Shown: positions 1-9,280 of the stretch, one piece after another | Layout of the letters: every line of letters begins with the position of its first letter | Numbering within the stretch: position 1 is the stretch's first letter | Source of the DNA: a virus | Taxonomy: Duplodnaviria > Caudoviricetes | Virus record (IMG/VR): IMGVR_UViG_3300044470_000407 | Span: 1 to 44,044 of that record | DNA length: 44,044 nucleotides | Strand: one strand, 5' to 3' | Notes under the pieces: model-generated | What the model was told of the DNA's origin: nothing | Database searches by the model: none | The model's input: only the letters and a program-made list of their open reading frames with translations | Made by a program: the position numbers and the translations under genes

Positions 1-843
1 AACATGCTCACCTCCAATGTCTGGAGTTTGAATATTTTTATCTATGATTTGAGGTATTGAGCAATGTTGAAGTATCCAAGCAAAAGCTTTGTCGGCGCTG
101 CCTTTGAAATCCTTAACGTAGACATCACGAACGTCCCACCCTTTTCCGGCTGTTTCTGGCCAAGTTAAAATATGAATTTCTGAGGCAATTGGAGTAAGTG
201 CCGCTAAAGTTTTAGCGACACCGGCTTTCCCAGCATCATCGTTATCATACAAGATATAAACGGATTTACCAATGAATAAATTAAGGATTTCTGGCTTGAG
301 GTTTGTCCCGGCACCGGGAACACCCAAGACAGCTGCTTTTTCATCATTCATCAATTCCATCATGGTCAAAGCATCCCACTCACCTTCAGCAAGGTATACT
401 GTATCAAACGATGATGGCAACGCCCAAAGCCCATACATTGAGGAAGAGCAACCGGCTGTATTTTTGAAAGAATCTCCATCATATATTTTGATATTTAAAA
501 CAGTTTCACCGTCATCAGCAAACACTGGAATGACCCAAATATTATTCAAAAAGCCAACTTTCATTGACTCTAAAGTATCCACAGGTATTCCGCGCATTTT
601 TGAAAGATCTAGGATTTGTGGCTTGTACTCTTGAGATTCAATCACGACTGTCTGCAAAAACTTTTGAAACCCACCACCTTTCCCACATTTAAAACAGTGC
701 CAATCCTTATTCGGCGTATTATAGGCTATTCCAAAATGTCCGGTTTCGTGGCAAAATGGACAAGTCCCTGTTGCGTTCTTTTCATCTTTTTTCTCTAGGA
801 TAAAACCGAATTGTTCAAACACCAACAACGGGTTTGTAATCAC
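1..843 (-). CDS. DNA primase (Zn finger + TOPRIM), runs off the window start
   Basis: Hand translation from GTG at 843 (SD GGAG): CPFC...HCFKC Zn finger, then TOPRIM motifs YLAEGEWD and YDNDDAG. No stop seen before base 1. Confidence 0.85.
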   Translation of the reverse strand, partial: MITNPLLVFEQFGFILEKKDEKNATGTCPFCHETGHFGIAYNTPNKDWHCFKCGKGGGFQKFLQTVVIESQEYKPQILDLSKMRGIPVDTLESMKVGFLNNIWVIPVFADDGETVLNIKIYDGDSFKNTAGCSSSMYGLWALPSSFDTVYLAEGEWDALTMMELMNDEKAAVLGVPGAGTNLKPEILNLFIGKSVYILYDNDDAGKAGVAKTLAALTPIASEIHILTWPETAGKGWDVRDVYVKDFKGSADKAFAWILQHCSIPQIIDKNIQTPDIGGEHV

Positions 844-2584
844 TTTTGTCACTCCATAGGTAAGTTGCTATTGAGAAATCAACATTCATTGACACGGTTA
901 TTTCGGGCTGACTGAGCATGCAACGAAAAACTTCTTTTGTCAAAGGACGCAAATCAGTACCACGAGGAATTTCCATCACCAACTCATCATGAACCGGAAT
1001 GATAATATGACAATCAGTTCCCTTAAAGAAATTATTGACTTTGACCTGAGCATGTTTAAAAAGTGCTGCTGCGCTACCTTGAATAAGATAGTCTGTTGCT
1101 GCATATGGTCTATCCAACGGCACTCTTAATTTCCGGCCAAAAAAGGTCGTGATATATCCCTGCTTTTTTGCATCGTGGGTACATCTATCCATTAACGCAT
1201 AAAACTCAGGAAAATCTGTTTTATCTTTTTCATAGCCAACTTGTGTTTGCTCAATAGTTAATCCCAAGGTATTTGCAGTTTGTTCAAGCCCTGCACCGTA
1301 CAACATAGCAAAGCGTGCATTTTTTGCACGTGACCGATACGCAGATTTGATATCTTTATCCTGTTCATCAGTATAGATTCCTCCATAAAAAGAAGTGGCG
1401 CAACTTGCGTGAAAATCGTATCCCGTTGCGCAAAGATCAAAAAGCCGCTTATCTCCTGTGCCCTGGACAGCTAAACGCATTTCTATGCCGCTATAATCTG
1501 CAAGCAGTAGAATATACCCTGGTCGTGCCCGAAAGCACCTGCGGGCTGGTACGGTGTATTTAACACCGGCTTTAAATTCCTTAGATACGTTTTGTATATT
1601 TGGGTTTTCGCTGCTTTCACGGCCTGTACCTGCACGATTTGTTCTAATGCTCGGATGGATAGCGCCATCATATTGTGAAGCAGCAATATATCCATTTACC
1701 ATAGCTACACCTTTGGTGTAGGCACGGGCTTTTTCAATACAATCAATAATAGGGTGAGAAAGCTTTTTGAGATCATCCTTGTCTGTGGTAGCGGTCCTGG
1801 GCAAGCCTAATTCACTGAATAATAATTCCTTTAGTTGAGGCTCTGATAAAAGGTTAACATAGTGTCCAACTATTTGTCGGGTTTTTGCCGTATTGAGCTG
1901 AAGTTCATACGACATTTGACCAGCAAGGCCTGCTGCCTGTTTTTTATCTACCATAAAGCCACGTTTGATCATAGTTACAGTGGCTTTAGCAAGTTCAATT
2001 TCATTCCAGTATTCGGACACTGGGGAAACACGTGACCAAAAGAGTTTGAAAAGTAACGCGCCACGAATACCATCGGCTAATTGATAAATGAACATAAGAT
2101 CCACTGGATGTTTTTCATAAGTGCCGTATATCTTTTTGCATTTATCAATATTTTTATCCGCTTCAGTAATCCAATCAACTTTTCCATGATAGCGGTTAAA
2201 TAAATAATCAAGCGCATGAGAAGGACAGAGATTATCAATGTATTCTGACATAGTCATCGTATCATAAATGAGCTTATCAGGATGCACTAAACAAGTAGTA
2301 AAATGCCATTCAAACATTAAATTATGAACAACTGCTCCACAAGGTGAAGCCCAAAATGAACAAAACCGTTCTTCAAAGTTTTCACTACCTTGGTAAACCA
2401 ATTTTTCGTCAAAATAAAATCGCACCTCGCCAGTATCCTTGCGCCATACTTCTGTATAACCATCTTCAACCCAAGTCAAAGACATAGCAAATACAACTGC
2501 CTTGGGCTCGTGAGGCAGCCCAGTGGTCTCATAATCAATACAGATTGTGTCTGAATCAAGGAATTGACGAGGTGCAATTTTCAT
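815..2584 (-). CDS. polA: Family A DNA polymerase with 3'-5' exonuclease
   Basis: Exonuclease motifs DYETTG, HNLMFE, YQLAD; polymerase motifs DYSGIEMR, RAKNARFAMLYG, VHDEL. Confidence 0.95.
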   Translation of the reverse strand: MKIAPRQFLDSDTICIDYETTGLPHEPKAVVFAMSLTWVEDGYTEVWRKDTGEVRFYFDEKLVYQGSENFEERFCSFWASPCGAVVHNLMFEWHFTTCLVHPDKLIYDTMTMSEYIDNLCPSHALDYLFNRYHGKVDWITEADKNIDKCKKIYGTYEKHPVDLMFIYQLADGIRGALLFKLFWSRVSPVSEYWNEIELAKATVTMIKRGFMVDKKQAAGLAGQMSYELQLNTAKTRQIVGHYVNLLSEPQLKELLFSELGLPRTATTDKDDLKKLSHPIIDCIEKARAYTKGVAMVNGYIAASQYDGAIHPSIRTNRAGTGRESSENPNIQNVSKEFKAGVKYTVPARRCFRARPGYILLLADYSGIEMRLAVQGTGDKRLFDLCATGYDFHASCATSFYGGIYTDEQDKDIKSAYRSRAKNARFAMLYGAGLEQTANTLGLTIEQTQVGYEKDKTDFPEFYALMDRCTHDAKKQGYITTFFGRKLRVPLDRPYAATDYLIQGSAAALFKHAQVKVNNFFKGTDCHIIIPVHDELVMEIPRGTDLRPLTKEVFRCMLSQPEITVSMNVDFSIATYLWSDKSDYKPVVGV

Positions 2585-3457
2585 TTACTTCTTTGCCACC
2601 GGTTTTGCAACAGGCCTTGGAGCTACTTTCGGCGCAACCGCTGCCGGTTTTGCCGCAACGGGTTTCGGTGCTGCTACAGGCGCAACTGCCCTTTTCACCG
2701 GTGCCGGTGCCGGTGCTGCCCGTTCAATCAACGTAGGCTCAACCGCTTCAAGCATGGCCAGCTCTTCCGGCTGCAAATCAGCTTCCTTAAACATCGCCGT
2801 ATTGGCTTGGAGATTTGCAACGATTGTTGCAACGTCCATATCATCGGTGATGTAGGCAATCTGGTATGATCCGCAAAGGGCAAGAAGTGCACTGAGATTT
2901 GGGTCTGCTTCTGTTTTAACTTCAGCCACCGCTTCAACCACCGGCACTTCTTCAGCCGCTACTGCAGGAGCTGTCAAAGCCGGACCACCCTCAAACACGT
3001 CAATGATACGAATACGGGCATTGGTGTACTCTTTACCATCATCGCCTTTTGACGTTTCGTGAGATACGCGGATGTCAACAAGCGGTGGCGTTGCGGAAAG
3101 GTTTTCCAGCTCTGTTTCCAAAGCGGGCAAATCACCTTCCGGCCAAACATACCCCAAATCTTCCATACGTCCACGACAAATCTGCTTTGCCGTTTTGCCG
3201 TTGTCTTTGCCGCCTTCAAGAATGTTTCGGTCAATGACTTTTCGGCCAGCCTTATCACCCTCAGCCACGGTGAACGTCCACATGACCAAAAGTTTTGAAG
3301 GCTTTTCCGGTTTTGCTTTCGTTTCTCCCAGCTTGGCCTGAACACGTGCTTTGTACTCTCCCTCAGCGATAAGGGAGAAACCACCGGGCACGTAATCTTC
3401 CATTTGCTGGTCTGCTGTCGCCTGCATTGCTGCAAGCCGTTTTGCGTAAAGTCCCAT
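2585..3457 (-). CDS. DUF669-like ssDNA-binding protein with Pro/Ala/Lys-rich tail
   Basis: FSLIAEGEYKARV...WTFTVAEGDKAGRKVID pattern; lies next to an AAA ATPase. Start moved to ATG 3457 behind SD AAGGAG. Confidence 0.65.
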   Translation of the reverse strand: MGLYAKRLAAMQATADQQMEDYVPGGFSLIAEGEYKARVQAKLGETKAKPEKPSKLLVMWTFTVAEGDKAGRKVIDRNILEGGKDNGKTAKQICRGRMEDLGYVWPEGDLPALETELENLSATPPLVDIRVSHETSKGDDGKEYTNARIRIIDVFEGGPALTAPAVAAEEVPVVEAVAEVKTEADPNLSALLALCGSYQIAYITDDMDVATIVANLQANTAMFKEADLQPEELAMLEAVEPTLIERAAPAPAPVKRAVAPVAAPKPVAAKPAAVAPKVAPRPVAKPVAKK

Positions 3458-3482
3458 ACTCTCATACTCCTTTGAAAATTGT

Positions 3483-4787
3483 TTAAGAAACCTCATAATC
3501 AGAAATTGCTTTTGCCACAATACTCAGGTCATTGGGGATAAAATCAGCGTTGAACATCCCCTCTGGTGATTTGGTGGTATTCTTACCATTGTTTTTGGTC
3601 ATAAAACCAAATTGGTCTTTGACCCTTGCACAATTCAAAACGATGGTAAACATACCCTCAACACAAATTTTTTCATCCAGCATCTTGCCGATGGTTTTGA
3701 CCTTTTCTTCACCAGCGTCATTCGTGTCGCTATGAGCGAGGAAAAAGACAATCCGGCCATTTCCCATGGCGCTTGCCTTTTTGATCAGATTGTATGCATG
3801 CATCCCCAACTCCGTGAATTTGTCATAGCCTTTTTCAAGGCCACGGCGCATAAACTCATCAGCCATAAGATACTGGAAATCATCAATTACTATATACTTC
3901 AACTCCTTTCTTTTTTTGATAACATCCATTTTATTTTCAATTTCAGGATAGCTCGTGCTGATCAACATATTGGTGGCGTTGTACTTTTGCCGCCAGCCTT
4001 TGAAAGGCAAATCTTTCCCCATGACGTTCACCAAAAAAGTATTCAACGGATTCAAATTAATGAGTGAACGTGTTTTCCCCGCACCTGATTTACCAATGAT
4101 GAGTACAGGTCTGCTTTTTTGATCCTCTGTTGGCAGTGATTGCGCTTTTAAAGCAACATTTACAGCGCGCACTGTTGATACTGGTCTGTCCATAATTGGC
4201 TCCTTTTCTAAAGATTTATAGTGGGCTTCAAGTTCAGCTTCGTTTTTGAATTTACTGTAGTATGCTTTACCATTCCAAATTAATCGCCATTTTTCCCAGG
4301 GTAGTTCAATAGGTTTTGGGTTTGCAACCACCCCAAAAGTATTTACTATGCCAAAACCCATACAGCTAACCTTTGCAGCAAATTCAAGCGTGCCCCAAAA
4401 GCATTTCAAATGGTTTTCCGAAAGGATTTTGAAACCGTGTTCAAGTATCAATTTTACTTCATTGATACTTTTTTCCTTACCCAACACAGCCTCAAGTCTA
4501 CCGGAGTGAATAAAATTATGACAATAATGGCACAAGGGTTCAATAGATTTGCACTTCATAGTGCCATTGATGTAATCTACTTCATAAAACTCATGTGCCT
4601 CAAGCCAGTGGTGTATTTCTGCCTTATACTTCTCAACTCCACAAGCAATACAATGAAAATCATATCGTTCATATACTTCCTTACGTATCCTATTCCACCA
4701 TAAATCACCGTTTATGACCCTGGGGGAAAGCCCGTGAAGCGGCAAGGGAATATTTGGATGTGAGAGTATTTCAGGCTTTAATTTCAT
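3483..4787 (-). CDS. HNH-type nuclease fused in frame to an AAA_24/Sak4-like ATPase
   Basis: N-terminus CIAC...EAHE...LCHYCHNFIH; C-terminus Walker A GKSGAGKT and Walker B IVIDDFQY. Internal SD + ATG at 4193. Confidence 0.75.
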   Translation of the reverse strand: MKLKPEILSHPNIPLPLHGLSPRVINGDLWWNRIRKEVYERYDFHCIACGVEKYKAEIHHWLEAHEFYEVDYINGTMKCKSIEPLCHYCHNFIHSGRLEAVLGKEKSINEVKLILEHGFKILSENHLKCFWGTLEFAAKVSCMGFGIVNTFGVVANPKPIELPWEKWRLIWNGKAYYSKFKNEAELEAHYKSLEKEPIMDRPVSTVRAVNVALKAQSLPTEDQKSRPVLIIGKSGAGKTRSLINLNPLNTFLVNVMGKDLPFKGWRQKYNATNMLISTSYPEIENKMDVIKKRKELKYIVIDDFQYLMADEFMRRGLEKGYDKFTELGMHAYNLIKKASAMGNGRIVFFLAHSDTNDAGEEKVKTIGKMLDEKICVEGMFTIVLNCARVKDQFGFMTKNNGKNTTKSPEGMFNADFIPNDLSIVAKAISDYEVS

Positions 4788-4935
4788 TATTCCACCATAA
4801 CCAATATTGAAAAAGTTTATCAAAATCAGCGCCACCTACGCATCCACAAAAAAGTATAATTACAAAAGGTATGATCGTAACTGTCAAATAACAAATAATT
4901 ATCATCCCTTTTATCACTTGCCAAAGAATTATCAT
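4771..4935 (-). CDS. Small membrane protein (54 aa)
   Basis: Hand translation MIILWQVIKGMIIICYLTVTIIPFVIILFCGC...; fills a gap in the operon. Confidence 0.45.
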   Translation of the reverse strand: MIILWQVIKGMIIICYLTVTIIPFVIILFCGCVGGADFDKLFQYWLWWNNEIKA

Positions 4936-5001
4936 AATTTTTACTCTTTTAATTGATTACCACAAAATGGGCAAAATTTAAAGGTTGATAGTATGCTTTT
5001 T

Positions 5002-5631
5002 TCATGCCTTAATGCTCAATGATGTTTCATAATAGAATTTAATACCATCAACCTTGGCTTTCTCTTTTTGACTCGTTGCCAAGGCTTTCAACATAGCGTC
5101 ATTTTCCATCAAATAAGGCCGTGGCACAGCATTAATATCAATAATACGATATTTCCAAGTTTTTCGACTGCTTTCCCCGGCTTGCTTTTCAACCTTGCTA
5201 GGCACTGAGATAAAATCAGCCTGAACAGCTGCGGCTTGATCCAAAAGCTCTGCCTTTTTATCCACATCCTTGGTGTGCGCTGCCGCAAATTCTAAAGCAC
5301 GCCGATTCTTTTTTGCTTCAACTTCAGCAGCTGCCTTGACACGGGCTTCTTCAGCAACACGGACGCGTTCCAAATTATCATCAAAAACACCGATAGCTTG
5401 ACGTGCGGACTTCTCATACACATCTAGTTTATCGGTAAAAGATTTTTCATTGGCAACGATAGCTTTCCAGGTTTCATGTGCCTTTTGCTTACTATCCTTG
5501 AAGAAAGCAACAACCGCTTCCCGCTTTTCTTTACAGGATTTGATTATACCAATTGCGATTGCCCTTTCCGCTGCACTGGAGACAACCACAGCTTTTGCCA
5601 CCAAAACTTCAACAGCTTTCTTAATATCCAT
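5002..5631 (-). CDS. Conserved phage coiled-coil protein (Gp157-like C-terminus)
   Basis: Coiled coil followed by RKTWKYRIIDINAVPRPYL...VDGIKFY, typical of phage recombination modules. Confidence 0.55.
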   Translation of the reverse strand: MDIKKAVEVLVAKAVVVSSAAERAIAIGIIKSCKEKREAVVAFFKDSKQKAHETWKAIVANEKSFTDKLDVYEKSARQAIGVFDDNLERVRVAEEARVKAAAEVEAKKNRRALEFAAAHTKDVDKKAELLDQAAAVQADFISVPSKVEKQAGESSRKTWKYRIIDINAVPRPYLMENDAMLKALATSQKEKAKVDGIKFYYETSLSIKA

Positions 5632-6115
5632 TTCTAAACTCCTTTAATGAATTTATGACATCAAGATAATGTGGGCTGGCTTTTCCACCAGTACGCAACA
5701 GAAAATACGGATGTAAAATATAACAATGAGGCAATCCCTTCAACCGTGTTGCAAAATATCGTTTTGCAATACTTCCGGCGAAAATAATGCCTTTTATATA
5801 TTTTAAATCATTAATGATTTTTTGAACATTATTAAGACACAAAAAGACCTCAGCCGGAAGTGGTTCACGGTTTTCTCCATCACGACTATCACAGGGGCGA
5901 CAAAGAATTGTATTTGTGAAATAACAATTTTCAATTCCAACTGTTTGCAGCATAGTATCCATTAATTTACCAGCATCACCAATAAAAGCTTGTCCTAAAA
6001 CATCCTCACTTTTTCCTGGCGCTTCACCTATTACCAACATTGTGGCGGTTAAAGATCCACGGCCTATTACTATTTTTGTTCGAGTTGAAGCGAGGGGACA
6101 TTTTGTACAATTCAT
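5621..6115 (-). CDS. Uracil-DNA glycosylase family 4
   Basis: CTKCPL, IGEAPG, FIG, NTILCRP, NREP and HP motifs. Confidence 0.9.
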   Translation of the reverse strand: MNCTKCPLASTRTKIVIGRGSLTATMLVIGEAPGKSEDVLGQAFIGDAGKLMDTMLQTVGIENCYFTNTILCRPCDSRDGENREPLPAEVFLCLNNVQKIINDLKYIKGIIFAGSIAKRYFATRLKGLPHCYILHPYFLLRTGGKASPHYLDVINSLKEFRNGY

Positions 6116-6270
6116 CAGTTTTCCAAATCTTCCGGTACATTGACTAGCATTTCCTGCAAAATACCCTTCATTGCGTTGATCATATCCTGCCGACTAAATT
6201 CAACTTCCTGCTTAGTGTTGACAATACATTCACGTATGCGGGTCACCAAATATTCTTCTTCTGGTGACAT
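6115..6270 (-). CDS. Hypothetical protein (51 aa)
   Basis: MSPEEEYLVTRIRE...; start and stop overlap both neighbours. Confidence 0.6.
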   Translation of the reverse strand: MSPEEEYLVTRIRECIVNTKQEVEFSRQDMINAMKGILQEMLVNVPEDLEN

Positions 6271-6767
6271 TAAAAAATCCCTTTTGCCCATAGACCTATA
6301 CCAATAGCACTTGCTTCATGATCATTCGTGGTTTTGATTTGAAATTTATCCAACAAAATATGCCTCAACTGTTTGTAATTAAGCTGACCTTTCCATTTCA
6401 TTGGAGAAACTATATACACCGGAAATCCGTTATTCCTAAACATGTAAATTAAGGCTCCAACCTCAAAAGCAAGTTTGAATAAATCTCCGGTGGACGCACT
6501 GGCAAAAGATACGGTTGAACCGCCCCAAAACTCCACATTTTCAATGATGACACTATGCATAATGCCATCAGCTATTTGAGGTACTTTTTGAAGACAATTT
6601 GTCACAGTCCGGCAAGATAACATTTGACCCTCATACCATGTAGCAACAGCAGTATTATCACCTGGGTCAATAGTGTGCCATCGGCCTATTTTAAAATCAG
6701 GTGGCTCGGTGATGTGCCATGCGCCTGCGAATCCTATCCAGGATTTGGGCGTTGCTTTCTTTTGCAT
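6270..6767 (-). CDS. RuvC-like Holliday junction resolvase
   Basis: TIDPG, VIIEN, SPMKWKG and DHEASAIGIG motifs. Confidence 0.7.
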   Translation of the reverse strand: MQKKATPKSWIGFAGAWHITEPPDFKIGRWHTIDPGDNTAVATWYEGQMLSCRTVTNCLQKVPQIADGIMHSVIIENVEFWGGSTVSFASASTGDLFKLAFEVGALIYMFRNNGFPVYIVSPMKWKGQLNYKQLRHILLDKFQIKTTNDHEASAIGIGLWAKGIF

Positions 6768-8049
6768 TTAATCCCTCCAGTATATCTTCGTCAACAGTAT
6801 CTTCGGCCAATAGAGTAATAATCAACAATGAATCCTTTGACTGTAAATCAACAGTTCTCTCCTGCACCTGTTGCCATGTCATTAATGATTGTGGTAAACT
6901 AAAAAATATTACAATGTCAACACCAGTCAAATTCGTGCCCCATTTCCAACACTGGGGTTGTGCAACTAAGTACTTGCCTTGCGGAGAAAGAAAATATGCA
7001 CGAATATTTTCCCGGTCTTCAACAGAAACACCGCCGTGGACGTAATTACAATCAAGCAAAGCAGCAACACGCTCCACTTCTTCAACATAGTCTGCCCAAA
7101 TGATGACCTTTTCATTGCGTAATTCTCCCTGAAGTAAAGATATTAATTCAACCTCTTTTTCCTTTCCGCTACAAAGCCGCCGTGTTATATCCCGGCGCTG
7201 GCCTGACCATTTGAGAATACGATCTTCAAAAAGAGCAGATTCAGCCTCAAGGTATTTTTTCCATGTTGATGTTGATAATTGAACCATTCTCTTTTCGTAT
7301 ATCTTTTCTTTGTTTAAATTGACGTCTTTTCTGGTGAGAATTGAACAGCGACTTGCCAATGCTTTAGCCAATATTTGACGGCCTTTCAAAGTGATTTTCC
7401 AATCATTTCCTTCAGGCCGAAAACAACGGATACGGAAATCCCAAAAGGATTTAAAAGGTAGAATTGAATCCACCCACTCAAGCTGGGTATAGTATTGCAA
7501 TTCATTTTCCGGTGCTGGTGTACCTGTTAAAAGAATACGATATTTTGATGTTGTATGGTTGAGAAAATATTTAGTGACTTGTGCTTTAGGATTTGCAAGC
7601 CAGGTTTCATCTTCAACTATTGCGTCCCATTGGAAGGAAAGAATATCACAATATAAAAATGATTCTTTGTTAATGAGAAACCATCCAAAAAACTTAGTTG
7701 CTTGAGTCAAACAATCGAAACGGGTTTTTGGTTCAACTTGATAAATAGGATGGATAAATTGATTTTCTCTTTTTAAATCGGACTGCCAACCAGCTAAACA
7801 GGAATAAGGCCCAACCACCAAAATCCGTTTTGCGTCTTTTCTTTGAGAAAGGAAACGTATAGTGGTAATAGTTTTGCCAAGGCGCATTTCCCAAATTAAA
7901 GCGCCACATCCGTTGTTTTTTCTTAAGTATTCCAATCCTTGAATCTGATAAGGGCGTAAAGAAAGGGCACGTACACTGGAGCCAACTAGTGCCGTGCCCA
8001 AATCTCTACGATCTGCCTGGACGGCAGGTGAAGGTCTATTTAACAACAT
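6697..8049 (-). CDS. SNF2-family helicase
   Basis: LRPYQ, EMRLGKT, VEDET, LLTGTP, GTNL. Confidence 0.9.
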   Translation of the reverse strand: MLLNRPSPAVQADRRDLGTALVGSSVRALSLRPYQIQGLEYLRKNNGCGALIWEMRLGKTITTIRFLSQRKDAKRILVVGPYSCLAGWQSDLKRENQFIHPIYQVEPKTRFDCLTQATKFFGWFLINKESFLYCDILSFQWDAIVEDETWLANPKAQVTKYFLNHTTSKYRILLTGTPAPENELQYYTQLEWVDSILPFKSFWDFRIRCFRPEGNDWKITLKGRQILAKALASRCSILTRKDVNLNKEKIYEKRMVQLSTSTWKKYLEAESALFEDRILKWSGQRRDITRRLCSGKEKEVELISLLQGELRNEKVIIWADYVEEVERVAALLDCNYVHGGVSVEDRENIRAYFLSPQGKYLVAQPQCWKWGTNLTGVDIVIFFSLPQSLMTWQQVQERTVDLQSKDSLLIITLLAEDTVDEDILEGLNAKESNAQILDRIRRRMAHHRAT

Positions 8050-8069
8050 ACTGGCTCCTGTATGGTTGT

Positions 8070-8207
8070 TTACTTTAAATATTGTTTAACAGCGGCATCA
8101 ATAATTTCGTATTCAAAACAAGCACCTTCCGCTGCCGCTTTTTTGACAGCTTCATGTACTTCAACGGTTATTGATACTGATGTTAGCTCGTGTGATTTTT
8201 TTGGCAT
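8070..8207 (-). CDS. Small ribbon-helix-helix-like protein (45 aa)
   Basis: MPKKSHELTSVSITVEVHEAVKKAAAEG...EIIDAAVKQYLK. Confidence 0.5.
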   Translation of the reverse strand: MPKKSHELTSVSITVEVHEAVKKAAAEGACFEYEIIDAAVKQYLK

Positions 8208-8252
8208 AACGTAAATATACTTAGAATTTTATTAGAAAATATTTAAAAGTTA

Positions 8253-8440
8253 TCAAGTTGATAAGATTAAATAACCATATACCAACATCAACTCAAGGCC
8301 CATCACTTTGTTTTTCCACATTCCTCACATTCATAGTTTTCCGCGTCCGGTTCACAACAATCGCGTTGAGCATTACAAGCAAGGCAATAACCATATCCAG
8401 CTGCTCTTTCTTCTAAAAATCTTTCTTGCGTCATTTTCAT
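8253..8440 (-). pseudogene. Small Zn-ribbon protein with an apparent 1-nt frameshift
   Basis: SD AGGAG; GYCLAC...EPDAENYECEECGKTK* with the continuation VMGLELML in the -1 frame. Confidence 0.5.
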
Positions 8441-8569
8441 ATTTAGCTCCTTCTAATAAATATAAGTATCAAAATTATATATACTATCCTTGTTTATTCT
8501 TTTATAATAATAGTGTTTTAATAAAAAATAATAAGCACATACGTATATAGAGAGGGATACTTATATACA

Positions 8570-8881
8570 TTACTCCTTTTTGACAAAATAGGTATTGAGC
8601 ACCGCTGCACCTATCGCTATTGAATAAGGCTCTTTCATTTTATGCCAATACTCTGCCGGAAGCGTAATAGACCGTGATTCCACTTCTTTACCGGGAAAAA
8701 GGCACGGGCGACCTGTTTCTGGCATGCTCCTTTCCAGTGTCTGTATATCCTTTCCTTTTTCCAGAGACACCGGGAAAAGCACTCCGTCTTTGTTTGTAAG
8801 CACAAAAACTTTTGAGCGGTCCCGATAAGATACATGACCGATTGCGCCATTGATTTGATACTTATGACGGCTTTCCCACAT
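8570..8881 (-). CDS. Hypothetical protein, possible C-terminal DNA-binding motif
   Basis: ORF from MWESRHK; contains GRP...SRSITLP. Confidence 0.55.
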   Translation of the reverse strand: MWESRHKYQINGAIGHVSYRDRSKVFVLTNKDGVLFPVSLEKGKDIQTLERSMPETGRPCLFPGKEVESRSITLPAEYWHKMKEPYSIAIGAAVLNTYFVKKE

Positions 8882-8882
8882 A

Positions 8883-9011
8883 TTATTCCATCCTTCCACG
8901 ATGATCTAAGGTAAAATCCTCTAGGGTATCATCACTATCGTCAAAGATGTCAAAACCTTCTGTATCAATAGTGATTCCTTCAACAAGGATTTCAACAAGA
9001 AGTGGCTCCAT
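8883..9011 (-). CDS. Small acidic protein (42 aa)
   Basis: MEPLLVEILVEGITIDTEGFDIFDDSDDTLEDFTLDHRGRME; fills the gap between genes. Confidence 0.55.
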   Translation of the reverse strand: MEPLLVEILVEGITIDTEGFDIFDDSDDTLEDFTLDHRGRME

Positions 9012-9016
9012 AATAT

Positions 9017-9277
9017 TTAGCGTCCTTTCCGGCTGAAAAGGTTTTTGACTTTCTGCCAGAAAGATAGATTCTTTTTAGACTCAACAACGGTTGCAACTTG
9101 ACGCTCTTCTCGCTTTTCAACGCGTGGTTTACTCATGTTGAATTTATGGTGAGTTCTGAAAGACTGTAAAGTGAGAGACACCCTACAGGCTTTTGCCGTC
9201 ATTTCCTTGTACGTTTTGAAAGATAAAAGACCACCGTTGCGTTCAGACTCTCTGACAATTGTGCGGATGATTGACAT
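9017..9277 (-). CDS. Basic hypothetical protein
   Basis: ORF with SD AAGGAG. Confidence 0.6.
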   Translation of the reverse strand: MSIIRTIVRESERNGGLLSFKTYKEMTAKACRVSLTLQSFRTHHKFNMSKPRVEKREERQVATVVESKKNLSFWQKVKNLFSRKGR

Positions 9278-9280
9278 TTG

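Noticed and set aside
272-798. Plus-strand ORFs at the window start
   Set aside because: Antisense to the primase.
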